Shown here piece by piece: positions 13,576 through 26,025 of a stretch of 64,000 bases of DNA (position 1 is its first letter; every line of letters starts with the position of its first letter). A program made the position numbers and the translations under genes. The notes beneath the pieces are model-generated. The model did not search any database and was not told where the DNA came from. It saw only the letters and a program-made list of their open reading frames with translations. The DNA lies in assembly GCA_951406725.2 (NCBI GenBank), contig OX597831.1:57598001-57662000 (forward strand), read 5' to 3'. Source of the DNA: Octopus vulgaris (lineage: Eukaryota).

Positions 13576-14396
13576 ATCAGATATTTAATCCATTTAATTC
13601 AAAATTATCCTATGATGTTAACTGTTTCAGGTTTCTCATGAGGGCTCAAAACATCATGGTGTAATCCCTAGTCCTAAGAGATGACTTATGGGTACACTCC
13701 ACTCATCTCTATTGTAGCTCAAAGCAGGGCAGGTTTTGCTTTGCTGGCCGCTGCTATTGTGCTAAACACCAGATCCTGTCAGATATTATATTTTGGAGAC
13801 TTTCGCACCATAATAGAGGATGAAGACCATTCAACTTGGCATAGTAAAATGCCTTTCGGTTGTGGCCACTTGAAGAAGAACTACGGTAGATTGATCTTCT
13901 TTGAAAAACTCTCAACCTAGAATAAGAGCCCTCTTTAGACTGTATCTTCCTAAATGTTGATGCCTTTCAAATATGTCTCAATCTCTGTTTTTTTTTTATC
14001 CATGTCTGACCTAACTACATATTTCTTTAAAAACTACCTCTACAACAGGTAAATTCTACCAAAATCTTATGCTGTTTCTTTTTTATCCAGCATGCATATC
14101 ATCCATTAAGCATTTCATGTCTGTTCTAATAACACATCTGTCATTACTGCACACATTCTTTGCCTCTTTTCTGTGCCCAGTTTACTTTTTCAACACAATT
14201 ACTCTGAACCTTTCTATAGGTTAGCATTCCACATCTTTTTACAAATTCACCGGATTATACACATTCCTTTCTAATCACTAAATCCTTTACGTTTACATAG
14301 CACCACACTCGTACTTCATGTATATATGTATACATACATACATACCTTTCATCCAAGGAGAAATTTTTTTCTTATATATAACCTTATATATCTTGC

Positions 14397-14929
<533 letters not shown>

Positions 14930-14934
14930 AGCAG

Positions 14935-15289
14935 CAATTCCACATACCCCCTACCCATTCTAAGTACCCCGGATCCCCAAAGTACCCTGGATCCCCAAAG
15001 TACCCCGATCCCCAAAGTACCCCGGACCTCGTTGCCCCCGTGCCGCTGACACGTTAAAATGCTCGAACCGATCGTGACGATGCCGGACCCTCCGGCCCCT
15101 GTGCAGGTGGCACGTAAAAAGCACCCAATCCACTCACGGAGTGGTTGGCGTTAGGAAGGGCATCCAGCCGTAGAAACTCTGCCAGATTCAGACTGGAGCC
15201 TGGAGCGGCCCCTGGCTTCCCAGACCCGGTCAAACCGTCCAACCCGTGCTAGCGCGGAAAGCGGACGTTAAACGATGATGATGATGATG

Positions 15290-15291
<2 letters not shown>
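14935..15291 (+). mobile_element. RTE 3' UTR copy with an 18-bp tandem repeat head, embedded in (TA)n
   Basis: About 4 copies of aagtaccccggatcccca, then the RTE tail and (GAT)n. Long TA arrays on both sides. Confidence 0.8.
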
Positions 15292-15571
<280 letters not shown>

Positions 15572-15702
15572 GTCAAGATTAATCAGCCGAAATTGCCAGG
15601 ATGATCCGGCTCTTGACTGAAGATTAGAGGCTTCGAATGACCCGTCTGTGTTTTTTTTTTTGTATCGTCTATTTGAATGTTTTACGTTCTTGTCCCATTT
15701 TG

Positions 15703-15735
<33 letters not shown>

Positions 15736-16048
15736 GTGTATGTATGTATGTATGTGTGTGTGTCACTCTTTTAAGACATTTTGCTAACAATTTTGTCCTT
15801 TGAGCATCATCATGATTTAAAAAATTTAGCTGTCATTTATTTTCAAATTTAATAAATCAAACTCAGTATTAGAATGAGATAACTTTGAAGTAGTATTATG
15901 CAGAAATAACCTGAAGTTTAAAAGATAATTGAGTCATGCTTATGCCAGAGAGTACGTTGGTTCAGCTTGGTGGTACAGTACATACCCTTGTGATAACAAC
16001 GATACTTATTTCTTAAGATGATGGATATCCTATTTACTCGAACGTCTA

Positions 16049-16256
16049 TTGTTTAACCCCAACCCAAATCAATTCCGATTGTGCAGACTGATGACCAGAG
16101 GTGTCCATTCGCGATCATCCAGTCGATTTAGGGTATATAGGATTACATTTATCAAGTGTCTTTCCTTGTTTAAAGCTGTAGCGTATGATTTGAAGGAGAT
16201 TTGTCTGCCATTTCTAGCAGGTCGGCTGACCACTAGACGCTCCCTATTTGACTGAC
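16049..16256 (+). repeat. Unclassified dispersed repeat
   Basis: The motif gatttg..ggagatttggctgctatttctagcaggtcg..tagaggctccc recurs near 2.7, 8.6, 17.4 (-), 26.5, 57.3 and 61.1-61.5 kb. Confidence 0.5.
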
Positions 16257-16583
16257 CGAAGGAGTATTATGGACCGAAAGGAATCACTATACAGTTTGGT
16301 TCTTTTGAACATACACCGTTAACATATATTACATGGGTGTAGACAAGCACACAGTTCACTCCCACTTAAGCATGCTAGGAAGCTATTTGGAACTATTTCT
16401 CTCAGAAAAACCTAGTGACAGTCTACAACGAGTAAAGACAAGCTGACCCGAGTCAGTGCCACACACCCAGACTCTGCCAAACCTCATTACAGTCTGGTCT
16501 GGTGTTCATACACATACATGTATGTGTGCTTGCGTCTGTGTGTCTATGTATATTTAATTCGTTATACAAATCGTGAGCGCTGG

Positions 16584-16661
<78 letters not shown>

Positions 16662-16788
16662 CAGGGTCGTATATCCTGTATGCGTTCCGTGAGCACTGCA
16701 TACTTACCAAAGATGGTAAATTTTGTTTATAATTGTGTTCCTGATATAACCATATCATCTGATGGTAATTGTTTTTCCTTGCCGTTAA

Positions 16789-16845
<57 letters not shown>

Positions 16846-17047
16846 AGGGAGACAGAGATAGGCAGAAACAAGGAAAATGCCACTTGTATTTGAACACTAT
16901 ACAAATATTCTTTTAAAAAAACTTTTCTTTTAATTTGTCTAAATTTAATCATTTAATTGTTACAGTTGAAAAAGTCTCAATGACTGAAACCGGTACTGAA
17001 ATGTTTTTTATAAAATTATTTTAGCATTTTCTATCTTGACTTTTTTT

Positions 17048-17089
<42 letters not shown>

Positions 17090-17831
17090 TTAAAGAGGGA
17101 GAGAGTGTGTGTTCGTGTGGTGTATATTAATGTTTTTCTCTTTTACGCATGGATGTGGGATTTATAAAATATTTTAAGTGTGAGAGGGAGAAAAGTTCAG
17201 TGTCTGAATAGTCGTGGCGCCACTCAGCTAAACTTCACGAAAACTACTGTTACTGCAACATTCTTCGTATATTGGCAGTTACCATCACCACCAACTTGTA
17301 CCAATCTACACATAATAATACGATTACGTGTTTTTTCACTTATAGTCTGTGCACCATCACCTCCCACATTCGTTCTACCTGTTCGAGGGATCCTCTACAA
17401 GCTCGCTCGATCTGCTAGAAACAACAGCCCAATCTTCAAAAATGTTATCGTTTTTAGATAATGTGATATTTGATACAAAAGGATCTTTTCGGTTTGAACG
17501 GCAGTTTTAAAAAATAATTTCTATGTAACTAAACACTTTTAAACTTCGTATACTGGTAGAATGTGTTTATAAAACATCTTTTTCTCTTGGCTTTCTTTCT
17601 TGAGAAAATTCTGTATTAATAATAATACTTGTTCGCCACGGCTGGAATGTCTATCATAGGTCGGTTTGATCTGTGCTGACCCGGGGCTAAACGTCAATTT
17701 TGTCTGTTGTTAGAATGTCTGTTTTCATCTTTTTGTATTGGTTTTCCTCTCTCTCTTTCTCTGGAGTATTAGTAGTTACACTCAATTAAAATACTACAAT
17801 GTCCATTTAATCACGGTATATAATTTTATTT

Positions 17832-18275
17832 CGCAATCTTTCGTCTCTAGTAGACCTTTCCGTCGATTTCCGTAAAATTTTTTTTTTTTTTACATATGGG
17901 CTTGCGGGAACTTTTGAAGTAATGAGAGCGAAAGAGACTAAGAGAAAGCGATTGTATGTCGAGGGAAGTTCTTTTGAAGTTACCGTGCATGGACTCTCTC
18001 TGTCTCTTCACACACACTAACAGAAGCACTTCACTTACACAACATACTTTCTGTCTCCCACACCTCATCAAACACACACACACACACACACACTTGTACA
18101 TCAATGCTTCACATGCACGGTAACTTCAAAAGAACTTCCCTCGTCATACAATCGCTTTCTCTTAGTCTCTTTCGCTCTCATTACTTCAAAAGTTCCCGCA
18201 AGCCCATATGTAAAAAAAAAAAAAAATTCTTTTACGGAAATCGACGGAAAGGTCTACTAGAGACGAAAGATCGCC
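17832..18275. mobile_element. Foldback MITE with ~160-bp near-perfect inverted arms
   Basis: Arms 17832-17991 and 18112-18275, spacer containing (CA)n, flanking direct repeat ttttattt. Confidence 0.8.
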
Positions 18276-18859
18276 TTTTATTTATTTGTTTATTATTTTG
18301 GTTTATTTATACAACGGTTGTTATTTCAAATACCCTACCGCCGGCCGACTTCGTAAAAGTTGACTGTTGAACTGCGTACAATCATGTCAACACACACATA
18401 ATACAATTCAAAAGAAATACTTGTGAGGTTCAAAGTCAACGGGATGGAGCGGTAACAAGAAGCTCAAATGTATGTCTGAGTGGGTAGGGGGTTAAAATAC
18501 TATATACTATTGGTATTTATTTATTTATTTTTATAAAATCTTTTAGGAATGGTGTCAAAGGCAAACTCCCTCCTCTATCTACTTCGTCACTCCTTCCTCG
18601 CTAATATAGCATCGTACATCATCCTGTTCGGTCCGGTACTATTTCTAACAAATTACCCGCTTATATTTACGCGCACACACACACACATGCAACAATTTGT
18701 TGTGTGCGCACCTGCTCTCACGTATCTGTGTGTATATAGCTGTGCTGACTTATACACATGTACTCTCTCTCTCACACACACACACACACATTTCCATACA
18801 TAATTACATGCTAAACAATTTTTTATCATCTGTCTGTCTGTCTATATAGTAATAATAAT

Positions 18860-19156
18860 AATATATATACATACATATGTATATATACACGCACACACAC
18901 ACACACACACACATATATATACATACACACACATATATATATATGTACATACACACACACACACACATATATCTATATACATACACACACACATATATAT
19001 ATACTTACATACATATATACATACATACTTACATACATATATATATATGTATATATACACGCACGCACACACACACATATATATATACATACACACACAC
19101 ATATATGTACATACACACATACACATATATCCATATATATATATACATACACACAC

Positions 19157-19187
<31 letters not shown>

Positions 19188-19221
19188 CATATATATATAC
19201 ATACATACATATATATATACA

Positions 19222-19271
<50 letters not shown>

Positions 19272-19310
19272 GATGTCTATACAAACATGCATACATACAC
19301 ACACACTCAT
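18860..19310. repeat. Compound (CA)/(TA)/(CATA) microsatellite
   Basis: Seen directly. Confidence 0.95.
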
Positions 19311-19480
19311 CTGTAAGTGTGGACTTTTTTTTAAATACACACTGGTATGGAACAGAACCTTGTGTTGAATGCCAACTAAGCTGGCAACTCTATTCTCTCT
19401 CTCTTCCCCCCCCCCCCCCATCTCTGCCCCTCTATCTCTATATATCTCTCTTCTCATTCACACACACACTCTATGTCTCA

Positions 19481-19511
<31 letters not shown>

Positions 19512-19784
19512 CTTCATGTTTACCATTGCCTCAATTCGTAATAACCGCCAGCCAGCTTATAAAAACCCTCTTGGAACTAGTTTCTTTCCGATTTTATCTA
19601 ATTTTCTTTTCTCTTTTTTTTTTTTGTCTTTATTTCTTTCTATAACTATACAGAATTCTATTGGTGGTCCTCGTTGTTTTCATTTTATTTATTTATTTTT
19701 ATTTTATTTTCGTACATTATTTTCGAGTCTATCCATTATTGTTCACATGGTAACCTACTTTTTTTACGAGTCTCCTTGTTTTTT

Positions 19785-19824
<40 letters not shown>

Positions 19825-20094
19825 TTATTATTCCCTTTCTGTTTCCCTCTCCCACGACCTACTCTTAGCCTCCGTCAATGTCTCTTGTAATGTGTCTGCG
19901 CAAGTGTTAGCCACTGGAGTTGTGTAATTAAAGCTGTGTTTCAGTTGTGTATATATGTGTGTGGGTTTTATAGTTTGTCTGCAGTTTAGACATGTTTCAA
20001 TGTGTATGCGTGCATTTGTGTGTGTGTGTATGAATTTCTCTAGATAACATGTTGGTATGTGTGTGCTCTTTATATCTATCTATCTATTTATGTG

Positions 20095-20169
<75 letters not shown>

Positions 20170-20280
20170 TATATAAAATTAACAAAAACACAACAAAAGG
20201 AAAATTTACAAAAACAAGCAGCAAATTCGTTGCTAATTCCTCATCGTCTAAAAGATCCTTATAATTTCACGCCCTTGTTT

Positions 20281-20311
<31 letters not shown>

Positions 20312-20609
20312 ATATATATGTGTGTATATATATGTGTATGTGTATATATGTGTGTGTGTGTATATATATATATGTGTGTGTATATATATATGTGTGTGTG
20401 TATATATATATATGTGTGTGTGTATATATATATATGTGTGTGTGTGTATATATATATCTATGTGTGTGTGTATATATATATATGTGTGTATATATATATG
20501 TATATATATATGTGTGTATATATATATGTATATATGTGTGTGTGTGTGTGTATATATATATATCTATGTGTGTGTGTATATATGTGTATATATATATGTG
20601 TGTGTGTGT
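20281..20609. repeat. Compound (TG)/(TA) microsatellite
   Basis: Seen directly. Confidence 0.95.
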
Positions 20610-20843
20610 AAAGCACCATCCGACCGTGGCCGTCTGCCAGCCCTGTCTGGCACCTGTGCCGGTGGCATGTAAAAAGCCCCCACTACACTCACGGAGTAGT
20701 TAGCGTTAGGAAGGGCATCCAACCGTAGAAACATTGCCAGATCAGACTGGGTCTGATGCAGCCTTCTGGTTTCCCAGACCCCAGTTGAACCGTCCAACCC
20801 ATGCTAGCATGGAAAGCGGACGCTAAATGATGATGATGATGAT
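20609..20843 (+). mobile_element. 5'-truncated RTE 3' UTR copy
   Basis: Close match to 46250-46495 with a (GAT)n tail; adjoins a TG/TA microsatellite. Confidence 0.85.
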
Positions 20844-20849
20844 ATATAC

Positions 20850-20993
20850 CAATCATGGACAAACTGCAGTTCGCAGAACTTTCTATATGGCACGTCTAAC
20901 GAAAAATTACCGTGAATTTTTTTAGTAGTGCGGTCCGCCTGATGATGAACCATGCCTCATGCAGCCCACTTCTCGTAAAAGTTGCCCATGCCT
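20850..20993. mobile_element. hAT-like MITE
   Basis: Termini caatcatggacaaact / agttgcccatgcctg resemble CAGGCATGGGCAA hAT TIRs; degenerate 8-bp TSD atatatac/atagacac. Confidence 0.55.
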
Positions 20994-21377
20994 GATAGAC
21001 ACCGATGCTGGTGTGGTCACATCTGGAACCAAAATATGTATGGAGTGCCCAAATGTCAGCTTTTCCCAACTACCCTGCCAGATGCCCTTCCTGATGCCAA
21101 CCCTTTTAGTTGTAGAAAATTTTCTGTATTATTTATATTTTTCAGGAAGGGCCGTGTCTATGACTTCTTTTTAAGGCCTTTGAGACTAATGAGATGTAAG
21201 TTATCCTCAAAGCAGAGTTCTAGCTCAAAGGCTTACTAGAGAGTGGACACTGCTAAGAACCAAGAGGTGGTGGTGTTCAACTGAGCGACAGATTATGTCT
21301 GTCACCTAAGATGTATCTAAACAAAACAAACCCAGATTACATACAGTAAATAATGTTATATTTAGGTCTTGCTAGTG

Positions 21378-21600
21378 AAGGCGCGTGGCTCAGTGGTTAG
21401 AGTATTGAGCTTACGATCGTGAGGTTGTGAGCTCGAATCCCGGACCGGGCTGTGTGTTGTATTCTTGAGCAAGACACTTTATTTCATGTTGCTCCAGTTC
21501 ACTCAGCTGTAGAAATGAGTTTTGACGTCACAAGTGCCAAGTGTATTGGCCTTTTGCCTTTCCCTTGGATAACACTGGTGGCGTGGGCGACTGCTGGAAA
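21378..21600 (+). mobile_element. tRNA-derived SINE related to family C
   Basis: A/B-box head and cttgagcaagacacttt core. Homologs at 48652-48985, 37905-38150 (-), 53510 and 60748. Confidence 0.7.
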
Positions 21601-22008
21601 AAAAATCCCTTTGTTAAAAAAACATAATACACTTCAGAACTAAATGTATCCTTCCCTTCTCCTCTCTCTCTCTCTCTTTTTATATTTTGTTTTGCCATGT
21701 GTACTCTGTTGATCTGAAGAGCTAGCCTTCTATATCTGCAATTGTTTGTAAAATGTACAATAGTACGATGCAATTTGTAACATAAGCACAATTGCAGACA
21801 TGTAAAATAATTTAAAATAATTTATACACAAAAATACATTATTTTTGCATGATGTTGGCAATGAAACAGCTGTCACCCTATGGATATCAACTGGTGAAAT
21901 ATATTCACCTCATACCCCTTGCTAGCATGGAAGGCGGACGTTAAACGATGACGATGATATAGGTACCTACATACATATATGTATGTGTATATATATATAT
22001 ATGCATGT

Positions 22009-22182
22009 AGGGAGAGTTTAGGGAAAAATCAAAAGACGAAGACAGGTGGTATACAAAACAAACAGATGTATTAATATAACGCACAGGATTAGAAAAAGCC
22101 TTTTACGTTTCGAGCCTATGCTCTTCTACAGAAAGGGACACAGAAAAAATCAAGGAGAGAAAAAAAATGTGTGTAGTGGCTA
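22009..22182 (-). mobile_element. Penelope-like terminal repeat fragment with hammerhead-like motif
   Basis: Reverse-complement homolog of 54075-54263; contains a minimal hammerhead fold and sits in TA repeats. Confidence 0.6.
22099..22136 (-). ncRNA. Candidate minimal type I hammerhead ribozyme with non-canonical core
   Basis: CCTTT-CTGTAGA-A-GAGC(ATAG)GCTC-GAAAC-GTA-AAAGG: stem I, stem II, GAAA and palindromic ACGT stem III. Confidence 0.55.
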
Positions 22183-22802
22183 TACATATATATATATATA
22201 TATGTATGTATATGTGTGTGGATATATGTATGTATGAATGTATGTATATGTCTGCATGTGTTTGTATGTATATATGTGTGTGTATATGTATATATATGTA
22301 TATACATGTGTATAAATATATATGTATTTATCTATTAAAATTAACAGGTGGGGGAGGAAATGTAGCTAAAATGTTAAAGTAAAAACAAAAAAAAACCCTC
22401 CTCACAAAAACCAAAGATTGACAGTTTTTTTTCTGTTCTCTTGTGTGCCTGATGTCAGTGACCATGACAAATAGTGAGACCCCTACCTACCTGTGGTGCC
22501 CTGCATAAAACAATAAACTTTCAAATGATAATCATCATGGTTATAACGATGTACATTCCAATCTCTTATGTTCACAGGTTTTATTATCTTCTTTCAGTAT
22601 AGGAATCAACAGGTTTCCTCTCCACTTGATAATATGTACTTTTGGCTCACTGACTCACTCGCTAGATGAGCAGCCTGAAAGATTGAAGACAAGACTAAAA
22701 CTCTAGTAGAAAAGAAAAAAAAGGAAAAAACAACAAAAAAAAATCAAATACAAATACAAATTAAAACTTTTAAATCTGTTTCTTCATCAGAGAAATAGTC
22801 TT

Positions 22803-23218
22803 GGATCTTTTCGGTTTGAACGGCAGTTTTTTTCTAGGGGTGTCATATGAAATTGTCACCCATAATTATGACTCTAGTATCTATCTATTGCATTTCAATC
22901 TGTTTTAGGGTTAGGGGTGGGGGGAAGGGTATCTTTTTTTCTTCACAAATGTAAATAAACCCAATCTGTTTCTTAAACGAGAGACATATTCATACGGCAC
23001 AGAATGTTTTTTTTTTACCTCAATGGACGTCATTGATTGGTTGAAATTGCAGAAATTGAAGAAAAAAAACAACAAATATCTTACAAACTATAGAATTTTC
23101 TCAATAAAGCCAAGAGAAAAAGATGTTTTATAAACACATTCTACCAGTATACGAAGTTTAAAATTTTTTAGTTACCTAGAAATTATGTTAAAAACTGCCG
23201 TTCAAACCGAAAAGATCC
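22803..23218. mobile_element. MITE with GG-terminal ~29-bp TIRs and 8-bp TSD (Merlin-like)
   Basis: TIR ggatcttttcggtttgaacggcagttttt at both ends; TSD atagtctt. Confidence 0.85.
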
Positions 23219-23247
23219 ATAGTCTTTTATTCTGGTGAAATAGTTAA

Positions 23248-23466
23248 CCCTTTAGCATTCAGATTACTCTGTCAAATTTAATGCTTATTTATTCGCATTA
23301 TTTCGAATTAATCATGCATTATCTCGTAGCTTTGAGATTTTGATGTTGTGATTGTTTATCTTTAGAATAATCATGTAGGGTCGGTGTGAGAGAACAGATC
23401 AGCCAGTTTGAACATATGATGGGTAGAATATTTAGGCCGGATATGGTTGATTTAAATGTTAAAGTG
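23248..23466. mobile_element. piggyBac-like MITE (family 1)
   Basis: TTAA flanks and ccctttagcatt termini. Homologs at 3437-3621, 11574-12232, 48441-48999 and 58330-58548. Confidence 0.75.
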
Positions 23467-24029
23467 TTAAGGGATTTATTTGGAAAAGTTAGCCTCAATG
23501 TAATTCATTTGGAGATATATTACCATTTATAGGTTCTACCATTCTCTCTTTCTCTCTCTCTTTCTTCTGTTCTTTCTTCATCTCTGTTGAGTTGAAACCA
23601 AGTAAAATGGAAGTAAGTGAGATTCATAGCTAAAAATACAATTCACTGTTTTTGGTTTACTGGAAATAATCTGGGTTCAGAATTTGGTAGATTAAATGAA
23701 ATTTTATACTATATATAAATGTAATTGTAAATGTGTGTGTGTTGTGTATATATGTTTGTATGCGTGTGTGTGTGTATATATATATGTAAAAAGTAAAAAA
23801 TATATACAAACTGGGACAAGAACGTGAAACACCTAATATATATATATTGTGTATATTGTACCACATTTGTATTATTTTGTAAATAGTCTATTTACAAAAT
23901 AACTTTGTAAATAGTCTATTTACAAATAACTTTGCAGAACAGTAACTTAAAATAAAAAACAAATGAATCACACACATGATGCATAAGCATTACTTCCCAA
24001 CCATTTATGTGTGTGTGTGTATATATATA

Positions 24030-24254
24030 CGTAAAAAGCACCAACCGATCGTGTCTGCTGCCAGTCTCCCCTGGCACGTAAAAAGCACCCACTACATTCA
24101 CGGAGTGGTTGGCGTTAGGAAGGGCATCCAGCTGTAGAAACACTGCCAGATCAGACTGGAGTCTGGTGCAGCCTCCTGGCTTCCCAGATCCCTGGTCAAA
24201 CCGTCCGACCCGTGCTAGCGTGGAAAACGGACATTAAACGATGATGATGATGAT
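24030..24254 (+). mobile_element. 5'-truncated RTE 3' UTR copy
   Basis: Match to the LINE tail with (GAT)n; TA/TG repeats on both sides. Confidence 0.85.
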
Positions 24255-24934
24255 ATGTATATATTTGTGTATGTAGATGTATATATATATATGTATATAT
24301 TTGTGTATGTAGATGTATATATATATATATGTATATATTTGTGTATGTAGATGTATATATATATGTATGTGTTTTGTATGATTTGTTTATACTTTCAAAA
24401 GTCCCTAGTGTTCATTTGCCATTGGCTTCCACCAATGAATAAATATAAAGATAGAAAGATAGCAGACACAAGCTGGCAGGCAAAGCAGCTATCAAATACA
24501 AAATAGATTGATCTTAACTGACCTTCCCTAGCCTAATTGACCTACAATTATTTTTCAATTGATTTCTTCCTTCCCAGAAAATAATACTTCCATAATTCTA
24601 ATGATCTGCAATCCCCAGGTACCCCCCCCCCCCCCCCGTTGAGAGAAATTTTTTTTTTTCAAGGACTATTTATCGGTGGTATTTTGATTAAAGTAAAGTC
24701 TTGATGAGTGAGATAAATGTGCAGAGGGTTGTTTTATTCATTGTCATTTTTTTTGTTTGTGTTTTTGTGTTCAGTTGAGAATTTTGCTTCGGAACCATGT
24801 GATTTTGGGGTCTTGTTGTGTTGCGCTTTGGGTATACGTCTTTTACTGTAGCCCTGGGTTGACCAATACCTTGTGAGTGTTTATGGTTAATGGAAATTAA
24901 AAGCTCTCTCTCTCTCTGTCTGTGTGTCTCTCTT

Positions 24935-24974
<40 letters not shown>

Positions 24975-24979
<5 letters not shown>

Positions 24980-25285
24980 GTTCTGCATCTTGCAGTTCAT
25001 ATCTGCATTTACTTTGAATATGTGACCACTTTTAAATTTCACTTCTTTGTCTCCCTCTATGTATTTGTAGGTGGGGTTGCTGCAGATCCCACATCTACCA
25101 TCTCCGCATTCTTTTACAAAGAATTCAGTTTTAGTTTCTGATGAGAATTTCGCTCTTGTTAGTTGTTTCTTCAGGTTTTTGTCTTGTTGTCTACTGTTTT
25201 TTATGCAATATTTGTTTAGTATGTTTTCCATTTTGGGGCTTTGTAGGACTATTGGTAGGTTTGAATTTATGATTTGAAACATGTT
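24975..25285 (-). mobile_element. Penelope-like element fragment (RT to GIY-YIG linker)
   Basis: KNLKKQLTRAK...CGDGRCGIC...FKVNADMNCKMQNIIY: zinc-knuckle linker and start of the GIY-YIG nuclease, truncated at (TA)n. Confidence 0.8.
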
Positions 25286-25663
25286 GGTATGTATATATAT
25301 ATATATTTATTTGTGTGTGTGTCAGTTAATGTTTTTGTATCTGTTTGATCCCTTCCACTCCGCTATTTGATAACTGAGGTTGGTTTGTTTATGTCTCCAT
25401 AACATTGCAGTTTGGCAAAAAAGACCAATAGAGTAAGTATCCTGACTTGAAAATATGTTCTGTGGTCGATACTATTCAAGGAAGTGCCCCAGCATGGTCA
25501 CATTCCAATGGCTGAAAGAAGTAAAAGATAAAGAAAATCCTCTTGAATTTGATTATTGTTGTTGTTGTTATTTTTATTTTACTTCATAATTGTAATCAAC
25601 TAGCCCCATTCCCCCCCCCCAAAATTAAGGTCTTGTGCCTATAGTAGAAAAGATCATTATTAT

Positions 25664-26025
25664 TATTACCTCCGCCTTAGTGGAGGTATTGTTTTTAGTC
25701 GTGTTTGTTTGTCCGTGGACGAGATATCTCAAGAACCGATGGATGGATTTGGATAAAACTTTCAGGGATGTTTTGCCTCGTGACTGGCACAAACTGATTA
25801 GATTCTGGGATTGATCCAGTACCTGATAAGGATTCTGGATTATTTTTCCGTTTTTTTTTTACGTAATTTTTGAGAGTGGTCAGGTTCATTTTTAGTTTTC
25901 TCATTTGTAAGAGCAGTCGAGTTTATTTAAGGTATTCTCATTTTAAAAATCATCTCTGGCTAATCGTTGAGAGGACGTTGGTACTGCCTTGGTGGACGTT
26001 TGCACTCTCTGAGTGCTCTTGTTAT
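25664..26025 (+). mobile_element. Non-autonomous Helentron/DINE-1-like element
   Basis: Starts attacctccgcc..ggaggt; ends ccttggtggacgtttgcactctctgagtgc (subTIR plus 3' hairpin); internal gtttgtttgtcc repeat. Confidence 0.7.

Noticed and set aside
12516-13920. Short ORFs at 12.5-13.0 and 13.7-13.9 kb as host exons
   Set aside because: No recognisable domain or consistent splice context; probably decayed TE sequence.
15572-15705. Hairpin gtcaag..agccg/cggct.cttgac followed by CTGAAGA
   Set aside because: No intact GAAA, stem III or cleavage triplet. Probably a repeat remnant, too degraded to call.
20935-20965. CTGATGA suggesting a hammerhead or C/D box
   Set aside because: No GAAA or stem partners; lies within a hAT-like MITE.
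22902-22915. TTAGGG units as an interstitial telomere
   Set aside because: Only two units, and they are part of the MITE in both full copies.
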